A DNA stretch of 36,870 nucleotides, from assembly GCA_965365215.1 (NCBI GenBank), contig CBDUAW010000001.1, forward strand, positions 1 through 36,870, read 5' to 3'. The position numbers and the translations under genes were made by a program. Shown here one piece after another: positions 35,119 through 36,870 of the stretch. The notes below the pieces were generated by a model, which saw only the letters and a list, made by a program, of their open reading frames with translations, ran no database searches and was not told where the DNA came from. How positions within the stretch are numbered: the first letter of the stretch is position 1; each line of letters opens with the position of its first letter. Origin of the DNA: an uncultured Eudoraea sp. GTDB lineage: Bacteria > Bacteroidota > Bacteroidia > Flavobacteriales > Flavobacteriaceae.

Positions 35119-36870
35119 TTAGTGAGCAGCAGATAAGAAGGTAAGGTGAAATGTTGTGCCTTTTCCAACCATACTTTCTACAGCTATTTCCCCATGCATC
35201 GATTCAATCTGGTTCTTTGTAATGAATAAACCAATCCCTTTAGCATCTTTATGCTTGTGAAAGGTCTTATACATCCCGAATATCTTATCTCCATGTCTGG
35301 CAAGATCTATCCCTTGACCATTATCGCTGAACGAGATTATGGTCTTGTCTGACAATACTTTTGACGAGATTTTCAGTTGAAGTGGTCTGTTGGGGGAACT
35401 ATACTTAATACTATTCGTAAATAAATTTAGAAATATGCTATCCAGATAGGCTGGGATAGCCCTAATTCTGATGTTCTTTGAAATTTTTATGGAGGTCTTT
35501 GCCTGTTTTTCTTGAAGTAAAAGCGACAAATTTTTTTCAACATTTTTAATAGGTTCCAGAACAGTTACCTCCTTCATTTTATCTAGTGTTCCGGTTTTTA
35601 CCTGAACCACTTCCGTTAAATGACGAACAGTTTCGTCAAGGCTTTCTGATGCATCCGTTAGTAGCACCATTAGGTTCTTTATTTCTTTTTCATCCTGCTC
35701 TTTTTGCAAGAAACTGGTTAGCATTGAAAGGTTGCTCGAATGAGATCGCAAATTATGTGAAACGATATGGGCAAAATTCATCAGGCTTTCATTTTGTGCA
35801 TTTGTGATCTCAAGAAGTTCTTTGGTTTTGCTTTCAGCAGCTTTGATCTCGGTGATGTCCCAATTGGTTCCTATCATTTTTAAGGCCTTACCCTTAGCAT
35901 CACGCTGAGTAATAGCCATAGCCCTGATATGTCTGGTTTCTCCGTTGGGCCATATAACACGAAACTCAGTATCGAATTCCTTTTCTCCGTCTATGGCCAT
36001 TTGCACTTCCTTCTGTGCCCTTTCTTTATCCTCAGGGTGTACTGCTGCTTCCCAGGCTTCATAAACCTCCGGGAAGCTTGTAGATGTTATACCATATAGC
36101 CTGTACATCTGTTCGTTCCATACAAGGTGGTTTTCCAATATATTATAATCCCAAACACCAACGGTTGCAGCACTGGTAGCAATGGCAAGTCTGTCTGTTA
36201 TTTCCTGTTTCTCCAGCTCCATTTTCTTTTTGGAATCAATATCCTGGAAGGTGCCAAAGAGGCGAACACATTTGCCCTTGTACATTTCTGCTTCACCTTT
36301 GGCGTGAACCCATTTAATATTGCCCCTGGCAGTAACGATTTGCAATTCGGTATCCCATGGTTGCCCAGTTCTAATGGCTTCGCTGACATACTCCGTTATT
36401 TTTTCCCTGCAGGGACCTTCCTTATAGAAATTAATTCCCTTTTCTAAATCAGGCACAAAATCATCAGGGACCTCATGAATTTCCTTGGTAACATGAGACC
36501 AGTAGATGGTATTGTGTACAAGGTCTACCTCCCAACCCCCTATTCGAGCTACGCTCATGGCTTTGGAAAGTAATTCTTCGTTGCGCTTTAACGCTGTTAT
36601 ATCTTCTCGAAGAAGAACAATGCCTGCAAAATCATCCTTGTTTTTAGACCAGTAGCTTAAATGGTATTTGAACCATTGGTACCCGCCATCAGAATGTAGA
36701 TGACGAATGGTTTCAATCTTTTTACCTTTATTTTGAAAAGAAGATTTGTTGATTTTTTTAAATGAGGCTGGTGTTTCTGGGAACAGTTCAAAATAATCAC
36801 TTCCTTCTATTTCATCTGCTTTTGAAACAGGCAGTTCCTTTAAAAATCTGTTGGAATAGTTAAGTATTCG
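35119..36870 (-). CDS. Multi-PAS sensor histidine kinase (5' end outside the window)
   Basis: H-box SHNLRS, N-box NLFTNSIKY, DNGQG, GIGL, GKGTTF; two PAS/PAC domains in the tracked ORF. The frame stays open for 104 more codons to the window edge and encodes a further PAS-like segment (DGGYQWF...EDIT). Confidence 0.93.
   Translation of the reverse strand, partial: RILNYSNRFLKELPVSKADEIEGSDYFELFPETPASFKKINKSSFQNKGKKIETIRHLHSDGGYQWFKYHLSYWSKNKDDFAGIVLLREDITALKRNEELLSKAMSVARIGGWEVDLVHNTIYWSHVTKEIHEVPDDFVPDLEKGINFYKEGPCREKITEYVSEAIRTGQPWDTELQIVTARGNIKWVHAKGEAEMYKGKCVRLFGTFQDIDSKKKMELEKQEITDRLAIATSAATVGVWDYNILENHLVWNEQMYRLYGITSTSFPEVYEAWEAAVHPEDKERAQKEVQMAIDGEKEFDTEFRVIWPNGETRHIRAMAITQRDAKGKALKMIGTNWDITEIKAAESKTKELLEITNAQNESLMNFAHIVSHNLRSHSSNLSMLTSFLQKEQDEKEIKNLMVLLTDASESLDETVRHLTEVVQVKTGTLDKMKEVTVLEPIKNVEKNLSLLLQEKQAKTSIKISKNIRIRAIPAYLDSIFLNLFTNSIKYSSPNRPLQLKISSKVLSDKTIISFSDNGQGIDLARHGDKIFGMYKTFHKHKDAKGIGLFITKNQIESMHGEIAVESMVGKGTTFHLTFLSAAH

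Noticed and set aside
713-36447. Numerous 60-160 aa ORFs antisense to or out of frame within real genes (for example 3833-4156, 6687-7172, 10585-11010, 15353-15811, 26528-26920)
   Set aside because: They lie within well-supported CDSs and show no motifs; expected shadow ORFs.
1-36870. CRISPR arrays, tRNA/rRNA, IS elements, prophage or defence genes
   Set aside because: No repeat-spacer periodicity, cloverleaf, transposase, integrase or defence-domain motifs seen; intergenic gaps are short and the long ORFs are otherwise explained.

Overview
A gene-dense, mostly housekeeping chromosomal segment from a Bacteroidota genome, probably Flavobacteriaceae. This is inferred from TAnnTTTG -7 promoter boxes, A-rich leaders without Shine-Dalgarno sequences, and the gene content. 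Gene order: EamA transporter, ArsC/Spx-family protein, DUF3298-type lipoprotein, Cys/Met PLP lyase, gdhA, recO, TonB-dependent receptor, ileS-dksA-(DUF4097-like)-lspA, 5-FTHF cyclo-ligase, uvrC, patatin-POTRA-barrel (PlpD-like) lipase, hppD, a tightly coupled DUF3108-TDO-M23-pgi operon, an Oar-like TonB-dependent receptor, a 4-TM protein, DUF1080, a divergent EEP nuclease / TonB receptor / DUF5689-LTD lipoprotein module, and a PAS kinase-receiver pair cut by the window edge. I found no rRNA, tRNA, CRISPR array, transposase or phage gene. The most interesting signals are: (1) a candidate ~105-nt sRNA after hppD whose core is antisense to Bacteroidota start-codon regions and pairs in two 9-nt blocks with the start of the receptor at 25001; (2) a putative extracellular nucleic-acid utilisation module; (3) two unannotated small ORFs; (4) non-canonical active-site motifs in IleRS (GIHH) and the M23 peptidase (HVC). 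All family calls come from recognising motifs by eye; no database search was run.
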